A stretch of 64,000 nucleotides of DNA from Eledone cirrhosa (taxonomy: Eukaryota). Position 1 is the first letter of the stretch. Every line of letters begins with the position of its first letter. The DNA lies in contig OZ024746.1 of assembly GCA_964016885.1 (NCBI GenBank), positions 22,630,001 through 22,694,000 on the forward strand, in the 5' to 3' direction. The notes under the pieces are model-generated. The model did no database searches, was not told the DNA's origin, and saw only the letters and a list, made by a program, of their open reading frames with translations. This document shows, piece by piece, positions 25,864 to 39,382 of the stretch. A program made the position numbers and the translations under genes.

Positions 25864-28800
25864 ATTAATTCTATTAGGGTTGTTTGCCTGTTAATGTACC
25901 GAGAGATATTTCGGGCACTTGACTTGCTAGAAATAACAGCGAAATGTGTCTGAAATCACAACTTAAAGCTTAAAATGGGAATGACAGATTGGATAATATA
26001 TTCCTAAAAAGAGAATATGATCTTTATTGGGATGTCTCTAATTATAGATCTGCTTGATCAAAACCGATCTTATGTATGTTGAGATCAAAGTCATGTATTA
26101 AATCAATAAAAATCTTTAGATGAGGGACTAGCTTCATCTTGCATTTGGATAACTTTACTTCACAGATTCTGTTCTTCACTCATTGGAATTATTTCTGAAA
26201 TTCAAACAGATGTTTTATTGACAATAACAAGCATTTTAGTCCCATTTTTCTTCCTTAAACTAGGGGTTATTAGCCTTGTGGGAGCCCAAGACAAGCTTCT
26301 CTATCATCTACCTCTCCACTTCTTACAAACTCCCTGGTTTTCATTTCCTCTTTCATCTTTAGCTCTGTCTTTCTTGGTCTTCCTTTTCCTCTACTTCTTT
26401 CCACATTCATATCCAGTATTCTTCTCACCCAGTCACTTTAATTCTTCTTTAACACACAATATTTATCAATGCATCTATTCCCGTCAACCTATATAATACT
26501 GACAATGAATGTCAATTCTTTTATCGTATAGCTGTAATTTTAGATCAACATCTAGCTTACAAAAGAATTATAACTGCCAGTTATCATGAAAGTTTGACAC
26601 TAGAGATGGTGTGGTTGCATCAGACTGAGGGCAATTGTTGATTAAATAATATATTGAACATTAGAGAGATGGGGTTAGTGAGGAGAGATGTAGATGTTAG
26701 GGAAAACTAAGGACCCTGTTTTATTTATCTGCTTGGCTTAGTGGTTAGAGAGTTGGATTTACAATCAAGAGGATGTGAGTTCAATTCCTGGACCATGTGT
26801 TGTGTCCTTCAGTAAGATTCTTTATTTCATGTTCCTTCTACCAGGAGATGTAACCAGTAGATAGTATCAGCAATTACAATAACTAATGGAAACATTCTTT
26901 CCTTGGTCTGATCTGACAAATTCCACCTCACTCGGTAAGCAAATGAGGTTTGGGTTCTTGTTGATTTGGATCATATTCATCTAAAAACATTTATGTTCCA
27001 GACATCAGCTTAATAAGAAAGTTAGTTTATATTACTAAATTATTTGAAAATCATAGGCTGTGTCTTTCATTAGAAATAATAGGTATAACAAGCCTTCTGG
27101 CACTAAGGGGCTTTGGTTTTGACTACATTGATTTTCTATTGACTCTAACTATGTTAGTATGATTGTTTTTAATTTCTTTAGTCTCATATTGGTGATAAAA
27201 AGTGTGAGCTAATAACAATACACATGTACAGTATATATACCCCCCCCCCCCCCAATCTCAAAACTGTAATGGAAGCTCTGTATAAAAGGTTTAAAATGCT
27301 TGTTGTTGAGCAGACTGGATAAGGATATAGGAAATAGACAGTAGCAAAGATGAAAGTTATATATATATATATATATTGGAAAACTTATAGAGCAGTAGGT
27401 AGAATCAATATATATTTTTGCAAGTATATATTGGAAACCTTGTAAGATAGGTTGGAAGTTAGATCAATCTAGTGAGTGTTGAATTGAAAATGGAAGATAG
27501 AAAGATTTTGATAGCAAGGAGATGATTTGATGGTTAATCTTTTTGATACCTACTTGTCCAAAACTACCTCTGGTCCTAAAAAAAAAAGAGAAGAAATCAA
27601 AAAAAAATTTTGTTTAAATTATTTTCCAATTTAATTTTTATATAAGAAACATTTCTTATGTTACAAATATCATCTTAATAAAATTATTAATAATTTTAGG
27701 ACATTGAGCCATAGAAGGGTTTTCGTAGTAATGTTATTAGATAGAATGCATAGCTTGGAGATCAGAGAGGCGCTTTTTTACCTCGATATTACCAACACGT
27801 GGTTAAAATGTCTCGGAAAAGAATCACTGGACAGATTTTATGCTCAAAACCAGCCAACAGGAGTCCCACAGGTAGACCCTGAGCAAGATGGTTGGCTAAC
27901 ATCCACGAGCTTGGCTGGGGATGGTTGCTTCTGACAGGACCTGCTGGAAGGAGTGTTTTAGGATTCTTCCCAAACACTTTCAGGGTAAGTGGGTGAAGAA
28001 GAAGTCATAGAAATGCAAAAATATGGAGTGTATGAGCAAGACAATATCCTGTCCTGTCTTGGACTGTGATGACTATTTTAAACCATACCAGCAGATAAAA
28101 TGATGAGTAAATCTCTTCAAATTCTTCTATCTGTAATTAAAATACAGCATATTTAATTAGAAATTTAGTCAAAGAAGAGTTCTAAAAAGTCTAAAGTCTG
28201 TCTTGAGCCTAGAAGCTCATCAGAACAATGCTTATCCCAGTTTCCATGGTGTTAAGTGCCTGAGAGTACAAGAATCCCCACTGGACAGGACACTAATACA
28301 TTGCAGGGTTAAACCCCCAGTTATTGCTGGTACTCATTTTTATTTGAATATACTGGAGCAACATGAAATGAAGTGTTTTGCTGAAGAACACAACCCAGGC
28401 CAGGAACTGAACCCACAACATTGATTGTAGATCCATCACCACAGAAAAGTTAACTCTTGTATATCCACCTACTTATGGTACTTATGACATTACTTTAATA
28501 TAGGTAGACTAAATTCCACATAATGGTAAATATTTATAACATTCCTCAGTTTATATACGGTTTCATTGTTTTAGCTGAGGATAAGGCAGTTAATTAGCAT
28601 GGTCGTTAAGGATGTTCTATGAGATACCTTATATTATCTGTTCTGGCTCTTTCTGTTTAGATTTCAAATCCCTAACTTTACATTTCATTAGAACAAACAT
28701 TTTAAGACAATTTACCCTGCTAATATTAGGGATTAGCCATACAGGCCTCATGACGAGCATCTTTATTTTGCCCCATGTTCTGCATTCACCCTCACCAACC

Positions 28801-29091
28801 CCTTGGTATTCATTTCCTCCTCATCATCTTTAGCTGTGTCTTTCTGGTCTTCCTCTTCCTCCCTCCACATTCATTTCCATCACTCCTCTCACCCAGTCAT
28901 TTCCTCAATGTTTGTTATATAAATGCTTTTCAAAGAATTATATTTGTATTTCACAATTGTTTTAAAGTTATATTAATTTGTTATATTTATCTTTACAGAG
29001 CTTTATCTGTGTTACAAGTCTACATTACAATGGCAGTTTAAATTCAATTTGTGACTGGCTGTGGCAAATCGAAGGAGGGTCATATGTAAAA

Positions 29092-29241
29092 ATGGGTCGT
29101 ACGAAGGCATCTGGCAATAGTAGCCATGCTAGCCACAACAGCAGTCCAAGTAACTCTGATCTTGGTTTAACTAATAGTACTGCTGAGATTAAGATGAAGG
29201 AAATACTCAAAGATTTGTATCATCTCATTATTCAAGTTCAG
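29092..29241 (+). CDS. SGF29: SGF29 coding exon 1 (exon starts at 28999 after ctttacag): MGRTKASG...KDLYHLIIQVQ
   Basis: Acceptor ends at 28998; start context aaaATGG; donor cag|gtaagt at 29241/29242; AEIKMKEILKDLYHLIIQVQ aligns to human ADSRIAELLTELHQLIKQTQ. Confidence 0.9.
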
Positions 29242-30661
29242 GTAAGTATATACTATATCTTTGTGAAGGCATGTAGCTTAGTGTTTAGAGAATTGGATTT
29301 GCAATCATGAAGTTGCAGGTTCAATTCCTGGACTAGGCAATGTGTTATGTCTGTGAGCAAAACACTTTATTTCATGTTTCTCTTTTTGGCAGGAGTTGGG
29401 ACTGGTAGATTATATCAGCAATGCAAAACCATTGGAAACATTGTTTTCTTGGTTCCCAACTTAGTAAGCGAATGAGGTCTTGGATCTTGTCAATTGATAT
29501 ATATGTCTTAAACTGCTTTTTTAACCCTTTCATGACCATATTTTTAATGAAATCCACTTCATTTTAATTAATTAATGAAGAATTTTGAGATTTACTAAAA
29601 GTATCAATTATTTCATTATTAAATTGTAACATGGTTTGTGTTAGGAAAGGCATCCAGCCGTAAAAACCAAGCCAAAATACAGATCTATATTGCTCATATT
29701 ATGAGCAAAATGTGGTCACCTGACCTGACTTACCTCATAACGGGACAACCTGTTTAACCAATGCAAGCCGGGAAGATGGACGTTAAACAATGTTGATGAT
29801 AATCTGGTATTTATAACTTATGGTTCATCATCATTTAAACAAATTTTATGTCCACTTTTCCAATGGTGGTATGAGTTGCTTGGGATATTTTGAGACTGTT
29901 TTACAGTTGGATACCCATTGTGATGCCAACCCTTTTTGTTGCTTCTTATGACAAGCAGGGATACAGTGTATCTATTCTAAAAGCAGGAATACACACTGCA
30001 TTAGGATTCTTATATAAAATTGTCTTGGAAGATTTTAATTTAAATAGAAACGCTTTAGAATAAAAGGTTTTGTTTCATAGAACCAGAGATTCTTTTGGAT
30101 GGGTTGATATTAAAAGGGTTAAACTGTATTCTTTAACCATTTTGATACCAAACTGCCCTTGTTTCTATGCTACAATGCTTTTTAGGTGCCACTTTAGCAT
30201 GCGATCTATCTGGTCGTTTACAAAACTAATATATTCACCTTTTGATTTCTTTGTAGGAGGAACGTGCTCGCGGTGAACACAATTTATCTAATATTTCTAA
30301 AACTCATGAAAGAATGCAACAAGAACAGCGAAGTAAGATTCCTCTAAATATTCTTCATTCTAATATATATATCTTCAAAATGTTTTTATCCATTCCTTCC
30401 TCTTCTCGTTCTCTTTCTATTTCATCTTTTATTTCTCATTCTATCTTCTGATAAAGCACTGTCTTTTTTCCTACTATGTCAAATGTTAAACTAGTATATT
30501 TCTTTATTGTATCGTCTGCTTTGTTATTTCTGTTTAATTTTTGCATGCATATAAAACAGTCTGTATATTGTAGAATGAAATTAAAACTGCAAAATCAAAT
30601 ATGTTGGTGGTGCAAGTACATATCATTCACATGTGAAAAATGTGGTTTTCTCTTTTCATAC

Positions 30662-30721
<60 letters not shown>

Positions 30722-31122
30722 ATCATCATCATCTTCGTTTAACGTCCATTTACCATGCTAGCATGGGTTATATATATATATATATATATATACTTTACAA
30801 AACATACACACACACACACACACATTTATATATATATACATAAATAATACCATTATTGCTCCAATCAGTCCACTAACATTCAGCAAACACCCTAAACCGA
30901 GTGCCAACCTGTTCCCATGACTCCTGCCAAACCAAACCATACCACACTCACCCTCCAAATCCAGCAAATAAACTCAAACCACCCATCTTCCCAAACTTGG
31001 CATATGTAACCAGACCTTAATAACCACCTAATGGGGAAGACAGATGTTATTAAGCTGCAGCTGTCATATTATGTAGTTTATATAGAATAAGGCCAAAGCT
31101 ATTATTACAAAACACTCAATCA

Positions 31123-31153
<31 letters not shown>

Positions 31154-31848
31154 TTCGTTGACAAATATATCAATATGCCCAGACATGTAGATATATTGCC
31201 CTTGGTATGACAGTGTGGTTTTAGCTCAACGTAGGATAACTAGTATACTACAGAGCCGTTATAGTTATAGGAATAACCAAAGAGTGCTTAGAAATACATT
31301 GTTTTATTAGCTAACAGTGTTTCATCCATACACCATGGCAGGAATCTTCAGAGCCTATAAACATGAGTATATCAGTAGTTGCATGCTCCATCGAGCTGCG
31401 TCACCTGAACAAGGTTAAATGACCAGCAGGGGGAGGGGGCCCGAGGCTAGCGCTATATGGAAAAAGACAGAATACATGATGCACATCATGTCTTAAAAGT
31501 TTAAAAGTTAAATTAAAAATTACACCAAAAATTTATCACTTAGATGGTGCAAGAGATGATAAAGAGGTTGGGAGAGGGTAGCAAGGGATGAGTGAGGGTA
31601 TTACTCAGCATGATCAGAAACAACATTTTATGACATTATGTGCATCATGTATTCTGTCTTTTTCCATATAGCGCTAGTCTCGGGATCCCCCTGTTGGTCA
31701 TTTAACCTTGTTCTGGTAACGCAGCTCGATGGAGCATGCAACTACTGATATACTCATGGTTATAGGCTCTGAAGATTCCTGCCATGGTGTATGGATGAAA
31801 CACTGTTAGCTAATAAAACAATGTATTTCTAAGCACTCTTTGGTTATT

Positions 31849-31905
<57 letters not shown>

Positions 31906-32156
31906 TATCAGCCTAATTTGTTCTATTCAGGTATCGCTTTCCTGAGAACATATCACATTGATTTGCTCCATAACACGTGTTATCATTGAGCAGTTCTAGA
32001 AGAGGCAAGGTCAAAGTGATTGTGATGGCTTCTATGTCTTTAGCATTGTATCAATCTAAATTCCTCGTTTTATGTTTTATATATATATATATATATAGTG
32101 TATGTGATTCAGTGAATTATTGGTGGCGGTACCAATATGAGCACTTGATGCACAGG

Positions 32157-32199
<43 letters not shown>

Positions 32200-35100
32200 A
32201 CAATGTTTTTGTGACTATTCTGTAGAGAATACACGTTGAACTGAATTAAACTACAAAATCAAGGTCATCTCATTCACATATGAAAAATGTTCTTTTCTCT
32301 TTTCATAAATTTGTATGCACTGATGTATACATTACAAAACACACGCACACATCTATTATATTGGTTAAGTGCCCAGTCCACGCTGTGAAGTGGTCGTTTT
32401 GGTGCCACAATAAAAGGCACCCAGTCCACACTGTAAATATGGTTGGTGTTTGGAAGGACATCCAACCATAGAAACCAAACCAAACCAAACCAAACCAGAC
32501 CCAACAGGTTGTGTGTGAGCAAGACAGTCATGTGATCTGACTTTTCTCACAATGGGACAACCCATCTAGCCCATGCTAGCATGAAAAAATGGACATTAAA
32601 TGGTGATGATGATGTATATATGTAAGCATTCTACAGAAAGATCCAAACTCCAAGGCAAGGTATTAAATTAGTCTTAGACTTAGATTCTTCCGCGCCGTTC
32701 GACACATCGAGCAGTACGTACTCGCCAACGGTCACGAACAGCGGCAACTTTTTCGAGACCGTGCCAGGTGATGTTGGCTGCCATCAGGTCCTTCCGGAAT
32801 GTACGTCGCCAGGTGATCCTTGGGCAACCCCGCTTCCGTTTATCGCCAGGCGGATTCCAGTTCATCGCTGTTTTCGAATGCCGTTCATTTGGCAGATGCA
32901 GAATATGGCCAGCCAGATGGCACCAACGATCCGTGACCACTCTCTGTTGGATCCACGATATTAAATAAGTGTATTATATTCTGACTTTATAGTCTTTACC
33001 TGGTTAATCTTCAGAATTTCTAGAAAATGCGTACAGATGATTACATTTTACACCTTGCCTTGAAGTGTTAGGCATTCTACAGAATACTTAGATATTCTAT
33101 ATCGTGTCAGGTTTCTCACTTTATATTCTCAACATATATACTAGGAGAAAACTGCCCAGAGAATGTTTCTACTAGTTGGAATATATTAACTTTTAACATC
33201 CTGTACTACATGAAACTGTATTAGCACGACAGTCTTGGAAAGTACAAAACAGTAAACATTATGACTGCTTCACATTAAAAATTGAAGTCTTTACTCTAAA
33301 TTTTCACAAGGACCTGTCCACTGATAAAAACAATAAATATTTGAATTAGCAAACCAGTTTTTAGATAGTTACTGCTAAATCATTACAGGACTGTAAGGGT
33401 TAAGACATATTTAACATTTATCCCCTGTAACTTGACTTGAAATTATTTGACTATTCAATCAAAGACTACATATTACTTTAGACTAACACTCCCCCTCTAC
33501 TTGTTATGATACTAGAAGTCAAGTAATTGTTCTTTCCTTTCTTTGCAGACAATCCTGTCACAACAAAAGGAGAAGCTAAAGCAGCATTAGCTATTTCATG
33601 TAAGTATTAGAACCTTTGGTGATAGAACAGTCTACATGGTGTGAAGAGGTCCTTCTTAACCTTGCACTCAACTAAACAACATCTCTACTGTTAGTGTGCA
33701 CCCAATACATTCTGTAGTGTGTTAGTAATGGTACCACAATAATATGCACTCAGTACACTATATAAAACGTGATAATGATGGTGCTATGATGAAATAGATC
33801 CAATATACTGCAAATGCATTTTGTAAAGTGGTAGGTATCGTGTCACAAAAAATGTACCTAGTACATGCTATAAAGTGATACTGCTGGTACCACAATAAAA
33901 TGTACCCAGTTCACTCAGCAAAGTAGTAATGCTGGTTCCACAATAAAATGCATCCAGTACACTTTGTAGAATGGAAGTGATTGTGCTACGACATTTCTAA
34001 AGTGGTAGTGATGGTGTCATAACAATAAAATGTATCCAGTCCACTATATAATGTTGTTTGTGTTATGAAGAGCATCCAGCTATGGAAACCATGTCAAAAT
34101 ATAAACTAAGATGTGATCCTCCTGTCTGTGACTTGGTCATGAAAACAGTTACATTGCCTGTGACCTGGTCATTGACACACTTTCACTGTCTGTGACCAGG
34201 TTACAGACAGTACTGAGAAAATGTTGACACCAGAAAATGAATGAATTTAACAGTTTTTGTGTTTGTGTTTTAATGGCTAAAGTGACTCCTCTACAGTGTA
34301 ATTATTTCGAAAACAACTATCACTATAGCTGGTTGGAGCTGCATTATATTGTACCTGTTAGTAACACTGATAACTACATTAGTTGCCTATATTTTCAGTT
34401 ACGCCTTACTACAAAAATAAATTACGAGGTTTATATAACACAGCCATGCAGGATGCTGAAGCAGAAGCTGAGTAAGTAATATTGTGCAAGTTTTTACTTA
34501 TTGTTTTTATATTTCTTATGACTATCTTGTGCAGGCTTATATATATATATATATAAGGGGCACATGGCTTAGTAGTTAGAGCATTGGCCTTGCAATCGAA
34601 AGGTTGTGAGTTCAATTCTCAGACCGAGTGATGTGTTGTTTCCTTGAGCAAGACACTTTATTTCACGTTGCTCCAGTTTACTCAGCTGTAGAAATGAGAT
34701 GATAGGGACTGGATCCCTATCATTCTACTGTAAAGTGGTCGTGGAGGTGCCACAGCAAAAAAGCACCCAGCACTCACTGTAAATGAGGTTGGTGTTAGGA
34801 AGGGCATCCAGCTGTAGAAATCAAGCCAGAATCGGTTCCCGTCCCACCCTTGCAAGCAGGGAAAAGTGGACGTAAAATGAAATGATGAAATGAATGATGA
34901 TAATGTAAATATATTGACTTGACTAATAACCCCTGATGCAAATTTGGGCTAAAATACCTGAACAGCGGGATCTCAAATAGATATTGTATCTATTTCAACA
35001 ATTATATCTTGAATAAAAACATAAATTAATTAGAACAATGAAATATTACATTACATTAGCAATATACAGTTATATATATATAAATGGAATAGAATGAAAC

Positions 35101-35410
35101 GAAATTTCATTTCTCACTCTTAGTACGGCACTCGATATGCAAATTAGGCTGCTCAGCCGTTAATTTTCATAAGGAAAGTATATACTTTCGGACGTTCAAC
35201 CATCTGGCAGAAAGGTATACGGTGCTGACGATAGCTAACAAGCTTGATATTAGTACATCATTCCTGTGTCAATGTTGACCAAAAAGGTGACGTGGTTGCC
35301 TAAACACTGTACGGCGTAAATCAGGCTGTTCGTTTGTTTACAAACGAACAAAGCGAACATTATAATAAATGTTCGGTAAACTGATACATGCATATATATA
35401 TGTGTGCCTG

Positions 35411-35447
<37 letters not shown>

Positions 35448-36599
35448 GCTACTGTACGTCTGTATACATATATGTATGTACATATACATACATACTTATA
35501 TATATATATCATCATCATCATTTTACGTCCGCTTTTCCCTGCTTGCAAGGGTGGGACGGGAACCGATTCTGGCTTGATTTCTACAGCTGGATGCCCTTCC
35601 TAACACCAACCTCATTTACAGTGAGTGCTGGGTGCTTTTTTGCCGTGGCACCTGCACGACCACTTTGCAGTGGAATGATAAGGACCCCAGTCCCTATCAT
35701 CTCATTTCTACAGCTGAGTAAACTGGAGCAATGTGAAATAAAGTGTCTTGCTCAAGGAAACAACACATCACCCGGTCTGAGAATTGAACTCGCAATCTTT
35801 CGATTGCAAGGCCAATGCTCTAACCACTAAGCCATGTGCATACAACCATCATCATTTTAACATCCGTTTTCCCTGCTAGCAAGGGTTGGACGGGTCCATA
35901 TAGACCAAGTCAGTACTGAAGCAGAGCCACTGATCTTCCAGGCCAAGCCAGGAACCTGTGCGCTTATGGACAATCTCAAGTTCCATCGAGTGCTCAGGAG
36001 AGGTTGTCATGCCTTTGACACAACTGAGGGTCCTCCCAACCCTTTATTTGGTAAAGTGTTTGAGTATTTTTGTATTGATTACAGTTGAATTCACTCAATG
36101 AAAAAGAAACATAGAATTATTCTGACTCAATAGATCATCATCATCATCATCATCATCCGCTCTTCCGTGCTCATAATGAAGATAGATATAATGAATATAC
36201 CTGAACAAAACAGGAGTTGGATTGCGGGCATTTTTTTTTTTTAACTGTTCACTACACCAATCTTTTGTAACCATTTCTCCTCTTTTATCTTCCTTATCTA
36301 TCTCCCTCTTGTTTCTTTTCTCAACATTCACGTAAGTCCTCGGCCACCATGGCAAGCCAAACAGTTTATAAGGTGATACAAAAAAAATTAAAAAGTCATA
36401 TGTCCCCTTTTTTCTATTTTTCAATTTCTAATCTATCTACTTGTACTCTCCTGACGAAGGACTAATGTCCGATAGGTTGAACTTCTTTTTTTTTTCTCTC
36501 TCATCCAAAGTGTGAACTTAATAATACTAATTGTTTTTGTCATCTCTGTGTTTGCCATTTTTTATTGTATATATCTATATATCTATCTATCTATCTATC

Positions 36600-36645
<46 letters not shown>

Positions 36646-39343
36646 GCCGTGTAGGTAACACGGTAAAAACCTCCCAGTCCACACTGTAAACGTGGTTGGT
36701 GTTAGGAAGGGCATCCAGCCGTAGAAAACCCGCCAGACAGTCTTATACGAGCAAGACAACCAATCTTGCCTCAAGTGGGAAAATTCCCGTCCAAACCAAT
36801 TCTAGCGTGGAAGATGGACGTTAAACGATGATGATATATAATATGATTAAAATTTCATATATTTAACATGTACATGTGACTTTAGATATCAGGGTCCAGT
36901 TATAGCCACCACTGTATAGTGGAGGGGCTGTTTCAATGTCAGCCTCTCAGCGGGTGCCAAGACAAAAAGTCTCTTGCAATACATTGAACACACACACTCG
37001 TGTGAAGCTCGAATTTTCAAACTTATGTGGTGAGGATATATATTTGTAAGAAGATATGGGAAGCTTATTATCATTATTATAAGGGCGATGAATTGGCAGT
37101 ATCTGTAGAGTGTCGGACTACGGCCCTTTACGGTCTGAGCTTAAATCCTGCCATGGTTAACTTTGCCTTTCATCCTTATGAGGTTGATAAAATAAAGCAC
37201 CAGTAATGCACTATGGTCGATTTAATTGACCCCCCCCCCCCCCCCCAAAAAAAAAAATTGCTGGTCTTGTGCCTATAGTAGAAATCATTATGATTATTAT
37301 CTTTTCTAATTATTATTATTTATTTCTCTATTTTTCTCTCATGTCTTTTTAGGTTAGTTAGAAAAGCTTTAGATAAAATTTCTGAAATTAAATCTATACA
37401 AGAGAACCGGCGACTTGGAAAACTTGGTAATTTTATTGGTATTCTTTATTTCATTTGTTTATTTGTACATTTTTTTCAATCTTGAATATGTATATGTCTA
37501 TACTTGCATATAAGTCACACCTTTTTACACAAAAATACCATATGAAAATCCAGCATCTAACTTTTCTACTGGACTTACAAAACCTGAATTCAAAATATAT
37601 GGTACTTTTTAAATACAAACACATCTATCATTTTAAGGCCATCTTCCTTGCTAAAGCAGAGGTTAGCATTGCAGGCCCTCGTGGTAAGAAACTCTCAGGA
37701 GAGCTGGACAGCAGAAGTTCTTCAGAGAAAAAAAGCCTTCAAGCGAGTGTTTCAGTCCTTAGCTTCATATTTATTATAGGATCTTTTTTAAAGCTGTGTT
37801 TTATGGATGATCATCTTTCTGGTGCCAACCCTTTTAGTTCTGTGGTCGTGCCCTTGGCAGTTGAAACTTCTGGTATCCTTGGCCCTAGGGCTACCTCCCT
37901 ATTCACCACCATAGGCACTGTGAGCCTTGCGAGTTGGAATGGCTCTTCCAGCGCATCTCCCTTACCATCCTGTGGGGAGGCCAGCACGTGGGACCCCATT
38001 TGCTCACCATACGGATTAATAGGCAAAGTTATAAACTATTGTATGTATTCATTGTGGTCAGTAAATAATTACAAATTGTTACATACAGGAATGTGTATAT
38101 ATATCTATATATATATATATATACATACGGTACATTGTAAATGTATGTAAAATAAAGGTGCATCATATACACAAGTATATACAGTATATTATTTATGTAA
38201 TAGTTGTATAATGTTTTGTAAATAGATGTTAGTTTATTTTATACTAGCAGAGATACCCGGCGTTGCTCGGGTATTAAATAGCAGTTATGTATACCATTTA
38301 TGTCAATACTTCAGTGCTGCTTCGATAACTATACTTTTAAAAAAATCATCGGCTTTTTCCAAAAGGGGGTTCCTGCCCCAGGGGTCCCCTACTCAATATG
38401 TGCCAATTCTGAGAGTTCACATTTATCTGTAGAATAAACGTAGCCCTTGTGTCATGAAGTTATGACGTTTCAGTCGACTCCAAGGAAGTGGTTAGAGGGG
38501 GTTATCTGCCAGGAGCCTCTATAATCAATATCTGGAAAAATGAAAGTGACCATGGTACATAAGTAACCTATGTCTTAAGTTTGGTGAAAATACTGTAGAA
38601 ATGTGTAAAGTTCATACACACACACACACCACACACACATGCTTGTGTGTGCGTATGTATATGTATGTGTATGTCCGTCGGCGCATACGTATGTACTGGC
38701 CTAAATCTTTACTATTTTAAGGCAAAGTTAAAATCCCGTCGAGGTTAACTTTGCCTTTCATCATTACGGGATCGATAAAATAAAGTAGCAGTAATGTACT
38801 GGGTAATTGCTGGCCTTGTGCAAAAAGTAGAAACAACTATTTTAATAACCTCTGTCATTTTCGTTTACAATCTTATTTACATCATTCTTAAACTCCGGGG
38901 CTGGAAATCATTCGGTTATTTTAAATTAAATATTAGTCTAACGACTCCATTTACACCATAAACTTGGTCTCGTCTTTGCATGAAATTGTTCTTCTCGGTC
39001 CACATAACAACGTATTATCCTCGCTTTTTTTCCGTTCATTGTCAGGGAACGTCTTCACAAACCAAAATATCGTCTTCCTGTTTTCTTTCGGTTGCAATGT
39101 TTCTCGAAATATTGACTTCTGCGTTCACAGATTGAATTTATTAGTTTAAGAAGATCCCGTTAATGTTGAAAGCAGCGATTCTTTGCTTAAACTTTCTTTC
39201 TTTCTCAACCCTTCTCCCTTTTTTCTCCTACCCTCTCTCTCTCTCTCATACCCCCTCTCTCTCTCTTCCCCCCTCTCTCTCTCTCTTCCTCACTCATACC
39301 CCCTCTCTCTCTCTTCTACAGAATGGAGAACAATAAAGAACGT

Positions 39344-39382
<39 letters not shown>

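Noticed and set aside
34557-34630. tRNA gene
   Set aside because: A and B boxes are present, but the sequence continues into SINE core and tail and occurs in many diverged copies, so it is a SINE head.
37455-38150. 231-aa ORF
   Set aside because: A chance read-through of intron sequence and a CRE-like fragment, with no coherent domain.
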